Made by a program: the position numbers and the translations under genes. The notes below the pieces were generated by a model that saw nothing but the letters and a program-made list of their open reading frames with translations, did not search any database and was not told the DNA's origin. A DNA stretch of 64,000 nucleotides from Podarcis cretensis (lineage: Eukaryota): assembly GCA_951804945.1 (NCBI GenBank), contig OX638156.1, positions 43,896,001 through 43,960,000 of the forward strand, read 5' to 3'. This document shows, in pieces, positions 35,706 through 49,298 of the stretch (its first letter is position 1; each line of letters opens with the position of its first letter).

Positions 35706-38514
35706 CACCAAAGCTTGGAAAACCTAGCACAAAAGGAACTTTTAAACTCACCACCTTGTGCACAATTAATTTGTGGCATTTCAACCAGCCAGCTTTCAAC
35801 CATGTAAGGTTGAAATCACACAAGTTAATTGCATGCAAGATGCGATTGTACATGTCCGTGAATACTGATGTTAGAGAAACTATAACAACACGATCTAGCA
35901 GATAGTCTTTTGCCATTCACCAAAGTTGAATTGTTCTCTTATTGAATGCTTTTGGTGTCTTGTTTTGGTTTTCAACAGATCTAATATAATTTGATTGATT
36001 GCAATTGCTTTTTTACAGCTCCACCTGATGTGATAAGTCTGCCTTGGCTACTTGTGAATGGCCAAAGAGACCTCAGGAATGTAGGTGGCTATCCCAGGGC
36101 CAGTCATCCTTCCCTGAAGCCCAGAGTACTTTCTCTACTTGCGTCTCTCAGGCCGCCCAACATTTACAGCATGCCATTGTAGCAATCCCAGGCAATTACA
36201 TACAGTATTAACCGCATTCAACATGGTCTTATTTTATTTCTACATTTAACACCCAATGTAATTCGACAAGGAGAAAATTACTCAGCCCTAGAGCGAACCA
36301 TTTTAGTGTTATTTACTGCTGTAGATAAGTTTGCTTTCTAGTTGTCGGTCTTGATTTTCTTCATTGCTTTCTGTCTCTATCAAACTGTAAAGCAACAAAC
36401 TTGTCTCCACCAATCATTTAATGACCAGGCTGGTAAGGAAAGGAAAGAAAAGTCTGGGCAAGTAATGGCACTTTCCCCTTCTTGCCCTATTCTCACTGTC
36501 GGTTCTACTCTGCCCTCGTAGCTGTGATATGTCCTTTATTGCTAAAATAGACCTGATTTCTGACGGAGGGAGAGAGAAAGGAAGAAGGAAAGGGGGAGGG
36601 GAAGCTAAACAAATAAAACGTACGTCTTAAGTTGCTCAGAAACTAAAGTCCATTTCATTGCAGTTTGCTGCTAAGTGAAAATGTAGCCGCTTTATAGATT
36701 TCAGTGGAATTAAACTTAAACCTTTAGAATTGGGTTTATTAATTTCTGTCATGGCTCAATGGGGAAATAAGAGGGGCCATTCATTAAGGATACACAATTA
36801 CCACAGACAAAAATGAAGTGCGGTGCTATTAACCATAATAAAAATGTTGAACACCGAGGAAATTTTCATTAAATATAATCTATTCTTTATATGACTCCAC
36901 TTAATCCTTTCTGTCCTCCCCCCCCCTTTGTGTTCTCCAACCCATTTAATTTTTATTGCTTAACTTTTTTATAAATGTTTCTTAATATAATTATGATTAA
37001 ATATTTGCAGTGGAAGACACTGTTATTCAGTGAAATAAGCTTCCTTCTGCCTCCAGCTCCTTATCTCAATGAAAAATAGTCTTTTGAAACAACACGAGTA
37101 CTAAACATGGCTTCATTACGATTCCTTGAGCTTGTGGGTATGAATAGGAAAAAGTCAGAAATGGGAGAGGCTATTCTGTTTCAGCTACTACAGTGGAGTT
37201 CAGTGGCCTTCATGGGAGAAATTTTTTGTACAATTCAATCTGGCGTGTATCTAACACAAATCACCCCATTGAGTTCAATGGGACGTGTTGCCTTAGAGAA
37301 CGAACTGGTTTATTAGAATGTTTTGCAGGCTGTGGGATAAGTGAAATGTGTCTTCTCAGTTCACTTATGCAATTGGTGAGATGTTTTGAATATTCCCTAC
37401 CCAAGCAGTATCTGCATGCCAGGAAGATTTAAGTCAGCTTTTTCACGATTTCTTGGGTTTAAATTTATGGGGTATACTTTGTATGGAGAGGGTGAGGGGA
37501 TTTAAGACCTTCTGAAACAGTAACAGATAGATCACATAAGGCTTCTGCTCATCTATTTTAGCTCTAAGGTTGGACAGTCTTTATCAGCATGTTCCTAACT
37601 CTATAGTTCTTGTGGGTGTGAAAGATAAACTCAGTCTCATAAATACCCAGAAGATAACCTTTGTAACTCTGTATCAGTTGCTGTTAAACTAGAAGCGTCT
37701 CTGAACTTTGGAGCTCTGAGATGATGTACTTGAGAGCCCACAGCTTCATTCAGCTCTTTGATTGCACTGCCAAGGAGCTGTGTAGCTTTCCGGTTCCTAG
37801 ATGGCAGCATTGATACCAGAGGATTCTTGAGTCCACTGCTCAGTATTTTCCAGCACGGGCATCTTAATGTCAGCTGCACATATTCATTCTGTCAGTTCTG
37901 AGTCAGAGTCATGAATCTAGACATGGGCTGTGTGCTCTGCTGCTTAGGATCCCTGAGGTCAGTGGCTTGAGTGGGAAAGTGAGGCGGGGGAAGCAAAGGG
38001 GGCCCATCTGTTGACCAGGCAAAGCTAGCAGGCTGGTCTCCCACAGCTTGTCCAGTCCAGAGGCTCCAAACCGGGCTGGCACAATACTTTTGAGGCAAAA
38101 GATGAGGTAACACCTCCTCTCCTTGTTTCATGTATCTACTCTGGCAGCTTCATTACAATGGCCTCTCTATTCTGACCTTTGAGACTTCCCAGATATATAT
38201 ATATATATATTAGGCCTATCCTTATGATTATAGTTTGTTTAGAACTGTCTTTTTTGTTGCATTTTAAATTGTTGTCAAATTATTATTATTAATAATAGCA
38301 TCAAATCAGTAATAACAACAACAAAAATATCACCCCTCTCCAATGCACATGTATTCATTGATGAACCACTGTAATTTTGATATTCTCTCTCTCCCTCTTT
38401 ACTTTTATTCATACATGTCCATTGGCCACGGTGGCTGAGGTTGATGGGACTGGAGTCCAAAACAGCTAGAGGACACTACATGGGGGGGGGGGGTTACCCA
38501 ATACAGGATAATCC

Positions 38515-38830
38515 TATATATATTTATTTAAAACATTGATACCCCCATTTGTGCCCACAGAAAGTTTACACAAAACCAAAACACATCAAGTACCATTAAA
38601 GAACTTTGCAAAAGCACTTGAAAAGTCAACAATACAGCCAAGCACTTTAAATTTTTAAAAAAGAAATAATTAGAGAAACAAGGTATAGACAGCACCTCAA
38701 AGGAAAATGGCTGGGAGAAAAGTGTTTATATGCTACATGAATGAAGCCAAGGTGCCGCTAACCCTCTCTAGGGAGAATGTTCCTAAGAAGAGCACTATGA
38801 ATAACAAAATCCTGTCTCCTGTGGGGATAG
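38515..38830 (-). mobile_element. Very old L2-like 3' remnant
   Basis: tatttatt tail and decayed resemblance to the other L2 3' ends in the window. Confidence 0.45.
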
Positions 38831-41800
38831 GCAAATCTGACAGTTTCAGTTTCAGTTTCTCATTCTTCCACTCCTTAAGTTCAGTTCTCCACATCATCTT
38901 CTCAATCATTCTGAGAAGCCGGCACCTCTGTTCTGAAATGAAAGTTCTTGAAGCGGCCAAATGTCACCATTTTCAAATACTTTGGAAGCAGAAAAAAAAA
39001 AGATGGTTATCTATTAGCAGCATTCCACAAGCTCCCGACTTGGTGGAAAGGAAACACTTTAATTTCACTTTCCATTAAGTCTTAGCAAATGACAGGGCTT
39101 TTAATTTCACAAAAATGACTACTCTCCAAATGATCTGTAAGGAGGGGTTGGGGGAAGAGAAAGCTACTCAATTTCATCTAGGAATCATCAACGCCATCCG
39201 ATTGCATTTATTATTGTGGGGCTCAGAAAAAATAAACAGTTTATGTGGAAGATTAAGAGACAGTGTGGGTTTGCTTTTGACATATCTTGTCTCCAAATCT
39301 TCACTTTGGATTTATTAGAGCACTATCATGTCAAAGCTCCCTCATTTATATGATAACACGTCTGTAATGTTTTACAAGTGCAGCAGTCCTTCTGGTTCAG
39401 AATGTTGCTTTTTAAGTCCTAAATTACAGTACCTGGAGAGGTATGCATAATTATAGTACATGTTAGCAATGATAGGATGCATTTTGCCTTGGGTGATCTG
39501 CATTAATCATCACCAGAGAGGGTGCAATAAAATCATAATTGCCTCTTCAAAAGTTATAATCTAACTTATACAACTTTAAGGCCTTCATATGGCAATCTCA
39601 CATCTACTTGTCATGAAACATCCGAGATTCCTTCATTTGTTTAACCTTACGATAGACCTTGCCTCCCTGAGAAGTGTGATTGCAGAGTTATTTATTTTCC
39701 TATTTGCATTTGGGGTTGCTAAGAGTTACATCTGCAAATATGTAGAATGGGCTCCAAACGTTAAGAATCTGGGATCAGTGTTGAGGGTAAGCATGGCTGA
39801 GCACCTACCAAGGCATGAACCATTGCAGGGGCCCATTGTCAACCTATGGAGCCTACTAACCGTGGTTCTCCCCCTCCATGCTGTCACTGTCTATCACCTG
39901 ACCAACGTGAGGAGATAGAGCAGCAGCCTTGCACATTCCCTCTGGAGGTTGTACAGAATGTGCCCAAGGTTGGGAAGGGGAAGTGAATGAGCAGTGGGAA
40001 CAGAAGCAGTGAGATAGTAGGTCTACACAGTGAGCAGCGAAGTTGAACGTATCTTGCCCCAGGGGCCTCCCAAACCTGAAGCCTACCCTAGAAACATCCA
40101 ATCTTGCAGGCAACAAAGGCTATCCAACAAAGCTGAATGTTGGAAGACTCAAGGTGGACAAAGAAAACCCGGCTCATAGTTAAACTATGGAATTCGCTCA
40201 GGCACCTTTAAAAGGGGATAAGACAATTTTAGCTAGGATAAAGCTATCAATGACTGCTAGCCACGATGGCTATGTTCTATCTTCACGCTGGAGGCAGTAT
40301 GCCTCTGCACGGCAATTACAGGGAATCCCAAGTGGGGCGAGTGCTGTTGGGCTTTTGTCCTGCTTGTGGGCTTCTGGTTGGTTGGTTACTCTGGTTGGTT
40401 GGTCACTCTGAAAAAGCATGTTGTTCTAGATGAGCCTTTGGACCAATGAGTCTTTGGACCAATACAGTACAGCTTTTATATATACTTATGAATTTGTCTT
40501 CAGATCTCCAATTTTAGGATACAACTCTTTCACACATGGTACAGCAGTGTATGCCATTGTGCTTATTGGCAGGCTTGACCCACTATTATGATGAGAAGAC
40601 ATTCCTAGTTGTGGCCTCCTGGCTCTGGGATACCCTTCTCTTGAATGTTCAGACAGTAGAAACAATCTGATTATTTTAGGAGTATGGATTAAATTAGTAA
40701 CAGCTCCTTAAATTTTATGTTCTCGGGCAGCTGCTTGCTTGCTTGCTTTATTAATTGGGTTGTTCTTAATAACTGTTATATTTTATGTATTATTGTATTT
40801 GGCATCATGTTGATGAGATGGAGGGCAGCTTATGAATTGGATGAATAAATAAACATTTCACTGGTGCAAATATAAATACTCATTGTATGCTAACTGTACC
40901 TTGATTGCCAAAGCAAAATTTGCTGCCCAGGAGGCATCCTCTTTGTCTCCAACTGACCACAATACTTTCCTTTTTTGATATAATATATAATGTTACAATG
41001 GATCTGGTTGTAGTTTTAGAGCATGGCTTAGGTCCCATTTGCACTAAGTATTTAAAGCAGTTAACTCCTTCAGTCACTCCTAAGCCAACGTGCAGTTAGC
41101 TGGATCTGAAAACCACCTTCATTGTGATAAGGCTTTCCCACGTGTGAATTGGAGCTCTGATTGGCCAATGTTCTCATCCCCATATTGAAAACCCTACACA
41201 CAATGAAGGTGCCCCCCATCAGACCCGGGCATGATGGGAGATGTAGTCCAAAAGCAACAGGTTCTTCATCCCTACTGCAGATGCAGTCAGAAAACAAAAT
41301 ACTCCCATTCGTTAAAGGACTCGTTTTACAAATGACACATGTGAACTCTTCTAAGATTTCAGAAGTCAATTCTTTGCTTGAACAAGTAAAGAATTAGCTC
41401 TTTATATAATTGCCTTAATGTAGCTTTGTCAACGATGCTGATACCAAGCCTATGGCAAGAATCCAACAGCTTCAAAGGACTGGGATGGTACCTTTAAGAG
41501 GCAGATGTTATCTTCCAGAACCACCAGCCTAGGATGCTGCACTGGATTTTACAGTAGATAAAGAACGAGTTTTAACTAAGTTGACTACTGTCAATTTAGG
41601 CAAATAACTTTAAGCCTTAGAAGATCAAAATAAAATGTTTATTATTCTTTTTTTAAAAAAGTTACTGATGTACTATTCTGACATACAGCTTGAAAGGGAC
41701 AGAGAACCTTCATTTATTTCACTGCGTGCTATAGCTGTCTCTGGAATCCAGGCCACATCCTTTGAAGGCTAGCCAAATACTTTTCATGTTATTACACCAG

Positions 41801-42204
41801 CCAAACACATAAAGGCATATCCATGAAGCCTATCACAAAACACTTGCATTCCAAAGAGGCTCAGAACGGGGCTTGTACATGAAATCTGATTTTACTGCTA
41901 GATGCAACATTTCAAAGTCAAGTGCTGGAATTTCAAACGCCAATTCAAAAAGTGATTCAGCATGTCATTAGGGTGGAATCTGCCAAGTGATCCTCCTGGG
42001 CAAGCTCTGGTGATCTGACATGGAGTTGCTTGCATAGGTCTAAGCCTGGACTCTTTTCACCCTCTTTAGGATTTGCCTCATTTTGGGCAGAGTGCACATT
42101 TTGGGAAACACCTCTTCCTGAAGCCCTGGAAAGCCACTGCCAGCCAGTATAGACCAGTGGTTCCCAAACTTTTTGGAGCCACCACTTCATTGGTTCCAGA
42201 AACT

Positions 42205-42263
42205 CTATCCTATCCTATCCTGTCCTGTCCTATCCTATCCTATCCTATCATCCTATCCTATCC
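42205..42263. repeat. (TATCC)n microsatellite inside an hAT-like fragment starting ccagtggttcccaaac at ~42153
   Basis: Direct reading. Confidence 0.85.
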
Positions 42264-42439
42264 ATCATATAAAAATCATTATTCAGATAAGTGGTTTGCA
42301 CGGCCCACTAAGGAAGATAATAACACAATAAAATTAAAAACAGTAACAATTAATCACACATTTATTCCAAATCAATTAAAAACTATTTCATTCAATTAAT
42401 TCAACTAAATTACAGATTGCAGCCTTAGCATAACCAATA

Positions 42440-43701
42440 CAGTGGTACCTCAGGTTATGAACAGCCAACCAATGAACTTTTTGGATTACGACCACTTCAA
42501 ACCCGGAAATGAGTGTTCTGGGTTGTGGGGTTTTTTGTTTTGGTTTTGGTATACGAACATCCTCTGTTCGGAGGTGCACTTCTGTTTTGAGTGCCACACT
42601 TCTGTTGTGCGGCAGCGGAGAAGGGGGTTGTCACAGCATTTCCCACAGCAGCAAGGGAGGGAAGCTGTGCGCTTGCCAGCCAGCTGGCTCACGTCTCCAG
42701 AAACCACTCGGCCTTTCTATTGACATTCCACTGTGTGTATTGCTTTTGCTTTTCCCGGTTCTCTCTGAGAAGATGAGAGAGAAAGACGACATGTTTCTTT
42801 GTCCTGATTCATGATTAATAAATCTGTAGTTGTAGTATGCTTCTACAAGCCTCACACCTATTCTGTGTGCGCAGTTCGCTCTGCTGATAGTGTACCCTGG
42901 CTTTGAAGCCCTGATTTACGTTGGAGCAGATGCCAATGGTCTTCAAAGCGGGAAGACTGGAAGGAGACGGCCCAGCTGGGGCTAGCCAGCTGGCCTTCTG
43001 GCCCTCTGCATGCCAACACTTTCCATGCACCTCCATCTCCCAAGCAGCTCAGCAGCAAGAAAAAGTTCCCTCCGCCCAGCCAGGCTGCGGGAAGAAGGCA
43101 TTCTGCACACGCAATGGCGGCGGCTGCTCTCCCAGAACTACGCAGAGGCGTGCACACAGCTGCCTTGGCCATCCAGTAAGTTGGAGGGCAAGGAGGAGGT
43201 GAGTCCAGTCAGCCGGGCGGAGGGAAGAATGGCAGCCGGCTGGACTCACCTCCTCCTCGCCTTCCAACTTACTGGGGCGGCTGGCCAATGCAGCTGCGAG
43301 CACGCCTCTGCGTAGTTCCTAGGAATCGTTTTGGATCCCAGTTCAGCTACTGATTGATTGATTGATTGATTCTGTGACTGTAGAAATGGATAAAAGCCCC
43401 CCATCCAAACAATGACTATCATCAGTGCATGTAAGGGAAAAAAATTAATTTTCATTTTTATCATCTACAATACTGTTTATTTATGTTACATTGATTATTG
43501 CTTTCATTTTATGGATCAGTGGCCTTGTTTGATAGTAAAATTCATGTGAAACTGCTGTTTTAGGGGTTGCTTTTCATCGCCTGGAACGGATTAATCCATT
43601 TTCCATTACTTTCTATGGGGAAGCACGCTTTGATTTAAGTACGCTTTGGTTTTAGAATGGACTTGCGGAACAGATTAAGTTTGTAAATCAAGGTACCACT
43701 G
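42440..43701. mobile_element. Tc1/mariner-type non-autonomous element, 1.26 kb
   Basis: TIR cagtggtacct / aggtaccactg with TA TSD on both sides; no transposase ORF. Confidence 0.9.
43135..43318. repeat. Long GC-rich inverted repeat (~75-bp arms)
   Basis: gaactacgcagaggcgtgc...ggaggaggtgagtccag / ctggactcacctcctcc...gcacgcctctgcgtagttc. Confidence 0.95.
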
Positions 43702-44743
43702 TACACTGAAAATATTTTTTAAAAAAGGAAAAAGACTCAGTATTTTTCATTTCTGGAACATAATATAGAAAATGTTCCAGAAGAAAAATAATTTATACAT
43801 TTTAATGTATATTTTATATTCTTTGTAAACTGTACCAAGGCTTTATTTAGTTAAGCAGTATACAGATTTTAATAAATAATAAATATATATACCGATGTTT
43901 TGTATTAATTTTCAAAATCCGACAATTCATGAATATCTAATGACACACATGCAATCCCAACACCTTTCTCTTTGCAGCCATAAGCATCAGGCAAATCCAA
44001 TGTCAGTTGACTCTAGAATGATAACATTTAATTTTTGCTTGCAATTTATTTTGTTGTTCTGTCTGTATTGGTTTACAGCTTCTGCCAAGCCCGCCAGGCA
44101 CAAATCTGTTCTCACTTAGGCTTCAACACTGTGTGAAAGTTAGATATGTTCAAGTGTCCTTCTATAATGCATAACTGTAATTATAATTTAGATCACTTTA
44201 TTATCCTGCCCAACATGCTGCAGTCAGCAGTAGCTTACTTCTAATTAAATCAACCAGCATCACCCACTAAGCTCGTGTCATCTTTTCCTATATGGGATGA
44301 GATGGCTTAGTGGTTTTTTGCTTTGTTTAATTGCAAAGTTTGGCCACAAACACAACATACATTTGAAGCACTATCATACCACTTTAAACAGTCACGGCTT
44401 CCCACAAAGCATCCTGGGAACTGCAGTTTGCTTCTTAAGGGTGCTGAGAGTTGCTTAGGAGACCCCCTATTCCCCACAAAGATCTACAAAATACACAGAG
44501 TGGTTTAACAGTCCACCCTCTGAGAATTGGAGCCCTGTGAGGGGAATAGGGGGTCTCCATCCAGGCAAGTAAGAGATGTTATCAGAATTCAAGGGCATAT
44601 TCCAGCCAGGCAAAGTCATCTAAGGAGGGTGAGACTGAGGAGGGAGTGCAAGACAGGAGACTCCCAGATAAAAAGATCTTGAGATCGTATGAGATCACGG
44701 AGCCCCCAAACACGTTTTTTGGGGGGGCTCTATACTCTTGTGT

Positions 44744-45165
44744 GGACCATAAAGAAGGCTGATCGCTGAAGAACTGATACTTTTTAATTATGGTGCTGGA
44801 GGAGACTCTTGAGAGTCCCATGGACTGCAAGAAGATCAATCCTATCCAATCTTGAGGAAATCAGCCCTGAGTGCTCACTGGAAGGACAGATCGTGAAGCT
44901 GAGGCTCCAATACTTTGGCCACCTCATGAGAAGAGAAGACTCCCTGGAAAAGACCCTGATGTTGGGAAAGATGGAGGGCACAAGGAGAAGGGGACGACAG
45001 GATGAGATGGTTGGACAGTGTCTCGAAGCTACCAGCATGAGTTTGACCAAACTGCGGGAGGCAGTGGAAGACAGGAGTGCCTGGCGTGCTCTGGTCCATG
45101 GGGTCACGAAGAGTCGGACACGACTAAACGACTAAACAGCAGCAGCAGCAGCAGCAACAACAACA
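44744..45165 (+). mobile_element. BovB (RTE) LINE, 5'-truncated 3' end
   Basis: LRVPWTARRS...KLRLQYFGHLMRREDSLEKTLMLGK...VHGVTKSRTRLND; (cag/caa)n tail; TSD actcttgtgtgga (44734-44746 and 45166-45178). Confidence 0.96.
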
Positions 45166-46806
45166 ACTCTTGTGTGGATCATGTAACTCACCCAAGAGTA
45201 TGGCCTGAAAGACACACTGCCCAGTTTTTGGCCTGGACGTGTTGGAGGGTATGATATTGAGGTTCCCTGCCCCAGGGTTAGACTGGATCTCGGCGATGGA
45301 AGACCAGGGTTCAGATCCCTGCTTGATCGTGGAACTTACTGGGTGATTTTGGGTCTGTTGGCAACTCTCAGCCTATCCTGCCACACAGAATTGTTGTGAG
45401 GATATGAATATGGAGAGAGGCAAAAGAATATATTCATTCATTTGTTTGCTTTTGGATGATGTGTGAAGATGCCATAGCAGGTGCCATCCAAGAGGTGTTC
45501 CCTCTTTTGTGAGAGAGGGGAAGGAATGATTCTTCAAAGATGGTACCTGCCACCTTCAGTGTGTTTTGGTTTCTTTTCCTTTCTGGAGGTAAAGTGTGTC
45601 AGTGTGCTTTATTCCCAGCAGCTAAGTCCTGCCCTAACTTTGAATTAGCTTGGTAATGTTGTCGGCCTTGCTGAATCTGATTGGCTATGTGTCTGATTGG
45701 CAGTGTCATGAAGACAACTTAGAGTGAGGGCAGGAAGCAGTAGTTGTTGTTGGCTACGTGACAACACCTGGATCCCCCTACTCTGGCTAAAATCATACAA
45801 CCAGCATGAAGGAATTTTTGTTTTCTGTTTGGGGTTGGTGGCAAGAATGCCACTGAAGCAGTAACAAGGTGAGGCTGCACAGATATTGCAAAAGGCAGTG
45901 AAAAGGAGGCAAATAAGAGAATTCTTCAATATGTTCTAAGGGGGGGGGGGAAATAATTTTCAGCTCAGCAAAATGAAATGAAATGAAAACAAGTCAACTG
46001 GAGTAAGATAAGTTACCTATTGTTGCCTCTGCCTGCCTTCCTCCCTCTCCTGTTCTGTCTGAAAGGCCAGTTGGTCTGAACCTCCCAAATGTGGAAATGT
46101 TACTCAATATGTCTATCAGTCCAGATGGAGTCAGTCCAATCAGTCCATATTGTTACTCAATATGTCTATCAGTCCAGATGGAGAACATCATTTATATTTA
46201 TTACTCACTGTGACTGAAAGGTTGGCAGCAGCGCTGTGAGCAGTCAGCATGCTCTTTGAAAGGAAAACAGGGGTGATGCATCACCACATAACCACTGACA
46301 CAAAGGAAACATGAAAGGATTGAACCAATGTTGTTGTTTTCTGAATTGAAGGATCACATCTAGGATTAAGCTTGCGCTGCCATTGAAAAAGACCTCTATT
46401 GTTTTCTATGACTAGCATTTTTGCAAGGCAAGGCAAATTCATTCAGTTTTCATGGGTGAAAAATGACTTTTAGGCTTACACTGGCTGAAAGAGTCAACAA
46501 GCATTCACTGCAGGATTGTTCAGGGTGAACGGTGGCTAGAGCTTCCTGATGATGCTTAGTTTTCTTATGCAAAAATGGCAGAGATCACTCTTCTTTATTG
46601 TTATTAATAAATAAAGATCTACCAAGTTTAATGGGCAGGGCAAGAGAAAGTTTCATTGCTTCCCCCAAATCATAGATCCCCTTGCCACACCCAGACATAA
46701 GTAGGGATGAGGGGGGGGGGAATGGATTTTCTTTGCATTTTGATGTGAAACTACCTAACTCACACTTTTTGAACCGCTAAGTGAATTGAAACACAATTAT
46801 CTTTTG

Positions 46807-48841
46807 TCGGACTTCTGGGTTAGCGCCTCCGGTAATGGCTGAATTCCTCTGATCGGGAGGAATTTGCCTCATGGAAATCTGGGTCTGGCCGCCACGGTGA
46901 AGGCGGAGACCCACTAGAAATCACAGGCGGGTAAAGCCTGTGAACGTGGGATTCGGCTGGCACCTTTTGCGCCTCCCCTACTCGCGGGGAGACCCGGTTT
47001 CGGGGATCCGGAGCGACGTGGGGTGAGTGGCGCGGTGCTTCGAATTGACTGCTTCTTCCACGGAGCGAAGCCGCATAGCTGTTGCCGGAGAGCGCTGACT
47101 TTTTCCTGTGGACAATTTGATCTTAAAGCAACTACCCGTGAGTAGAGCTGAGAATTGGATTTTTAAACGTCTTAATTTGGTGCCGAAACAGGAGGTCTAA
47201 AACAGGAAGTCCACCTGCCCCTTTTGTAAATAGATTGAAGCAATGAGGATGCAAGCTGAAGTCTCGGAAAGCCTATTGTAAAGGACTAAATTTCCATCAG
47301 TAAAAAATACTAAACCCCCCTTGGTGGCAGGAGAAGAGGGGGGAAAGTTTTGGACTGAGTATACCTGCAGGAGAGAGTGAACAGAGTTAATATACCACCG
47401 CGCCGATCCTGGAAACGGGCTGCCAACAGGACTGACCATGATTAGAACGTTCACTGACAGTTAGTTAAATAAGAGGAATACATTGTTTCCATGGTCTCCG
47501 TCTGCGTTTAAAAAGGAGTAAAAGTAACAGAAAATTGAAACTTTATTGTTTGAATTGAGTTTAAAAGGACTAATACAAATAGAAACAATTTGGGACAAAA
47601 AGTGAACACCAATATAGAAACTATTCAGAAACTGACACAGGAATCTACTTTGACATGGCAAACTGCGGAGAAGGCTAGGGAGAAAGTTATTGCTGTTGAA
47701 CCTAAAGTAACACAATTGGAGAGAGAGTCCCAGCCTTACAGATGCAATTTGATGACCAAAGTTGATGCCTGCTATGATTGAATTTAACGAAAATCAGATT
47801 TCGAGGATCAGAGCCCTACCTGAACTGGAGAAGGAAAGTTTGATAGATTTCCTTACACAGGAATTTGATGACTTTTGGGACCGGGACTTGGGTCAAGAAG
47901 AGGTTAAAACTGTGAGGGCTCTCGGACTTGGAAGAGGAGGGAAAAAAGAGAAGAACAAAATAAGAGACTGTTGTAAATACCAGAGGAACTCAGAAGAACA
48001 ACAGTCAAGAGTGGAAATTTTGAAAGACGTCCTCAAATACCTTTCGGATCTTAGATTTAACTACGGAGATTTGGTTGCCCTGTCAAGAAGGAATAAAATC
48101 ATCTTTAGGTGGAGTTTCCCCGAGATCTACTCTTTAGCCTCAAAGGAAGGAAAATGAAAATAAGATCAGTGGAAGACAAAGTAAAGTTCATGTATAAATA
48201 TGAAGAAGACTCACAGAAGGGACTTGGAAAAGAGTTAAGAGCATCGGACAGAAGATCACCAGGTTGATGGACTATAGGGAATTGGCGGATATGACTGGCA
48301 GAATCCGGGACCAGGGAGAAGAGTCAGTGGAAGAAGATTGGAAAAAGTTTAAAGATTATTTATAAAAATATTGTAAAATTAATGAGTGTTAGAAAAATGT
48401 TGGAAAGGAGCTATATGGCTTTAGTAGAAATGTTACAAGGAATTAAGTACAAATAGATTATTAGAGTATTAAAGGGAAAATAAAGTTAAAATATGTTAAG
48501 ACAATTATATATTAAAGGGAAAAATAAGGTTAGAATATGCTAAGATAAATTACAGGACAGAAAACTGAGGAAGATGGAAAGGAATTGCTGAAACAGTTAA
48601 TTAAAGTGGAATACAAAAAGGGAGGTGTGAGGAGGTTGTTGAAACAAGTAAATGAAAGTTAAGATACTGAACTTATTAGATGTGTTTTAAATTGTCTTTG
48701 TTTGGTTTTGTTAATTTAATGTTTGGGGGTTGGTGTTGTGTGGTGTTTTTGTTTTTGCATTGTATTGTTTTGTTTTGTTTAATTCTTTGTCTTTCTTTTG
48801 CAGTCTTTAAAATGTTAATAAATATTATTTTTTTAAAAAAA
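46807..48841 (+). mobile_element. 'Half-L1': 5'UTR, decayed ORF1, last ~40 codons of ORF2, 3'UTR and poly(A)
   Basis: 19-bp TSD gaaacacaattatcttttg (46788-46806 and 48842-48860); 5'UTR homologous to the other two members; AATAAA at ~48817. Confidence 0.93.
47530..48260 (+). pseudogene. Frameshifted L1 ORF1 remnant
   Basis: VNTNIETIQKLTQES, RIRALPE..LIDFLTQ, ILKDVLKY, IIFRWSFPE and KGRKMKIRSVEDK match ORF1 at 1594-2586 across frameshifts. Confidence 0.9.
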
Positions 48842-49179
48842 GAAACACAATTATCTTTTGAAACTCACCTTTCTTCAAATTTTGCAATGCTGTTATCCAA
48901 TCAGTGTGTACAAAAATGATAGAGAAACTCGCTTGCAGAGAAGTGTATATTAGGCAAAACTGTATACAGCAATGTGTATATGAGGGGAAATTCATAATAA
49001 ATTCTGAAAAATTATTATGAGGATTTCTTAACCATGAATCCCTCTTCTCAGGGGACTCTGGGAATTGTAGCTCTTGGGGGGGGGGGAGAATACTCCTAAC
49101 AACCCTTAATAAGCTATAGTTCACAAGATGCCTTTGGGAGGAGCCACTACTGTTTAAAGTAGTGTGATAATGTTTAAAT

Positions 49180-49298
49180 TTATAATTTGGAAAATAATTG
49201 GACTACATAATATGTATTGTTATAATTTGGACTAATTGATTTGATGTGTTTAATTTGGTAATATGAAACTTAATAAAAATTATTTTAAAAACAAAAAT
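49180..49298 (+). mobile_element. Very short 5'-truncated L1-like 3' tail inserted into a MITE
   Basis: 13-bp TSD ataatgtttaaat (49167-49179 and 49299-49311); AATAAA plus A-rich tail. Confidence 0.75.
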
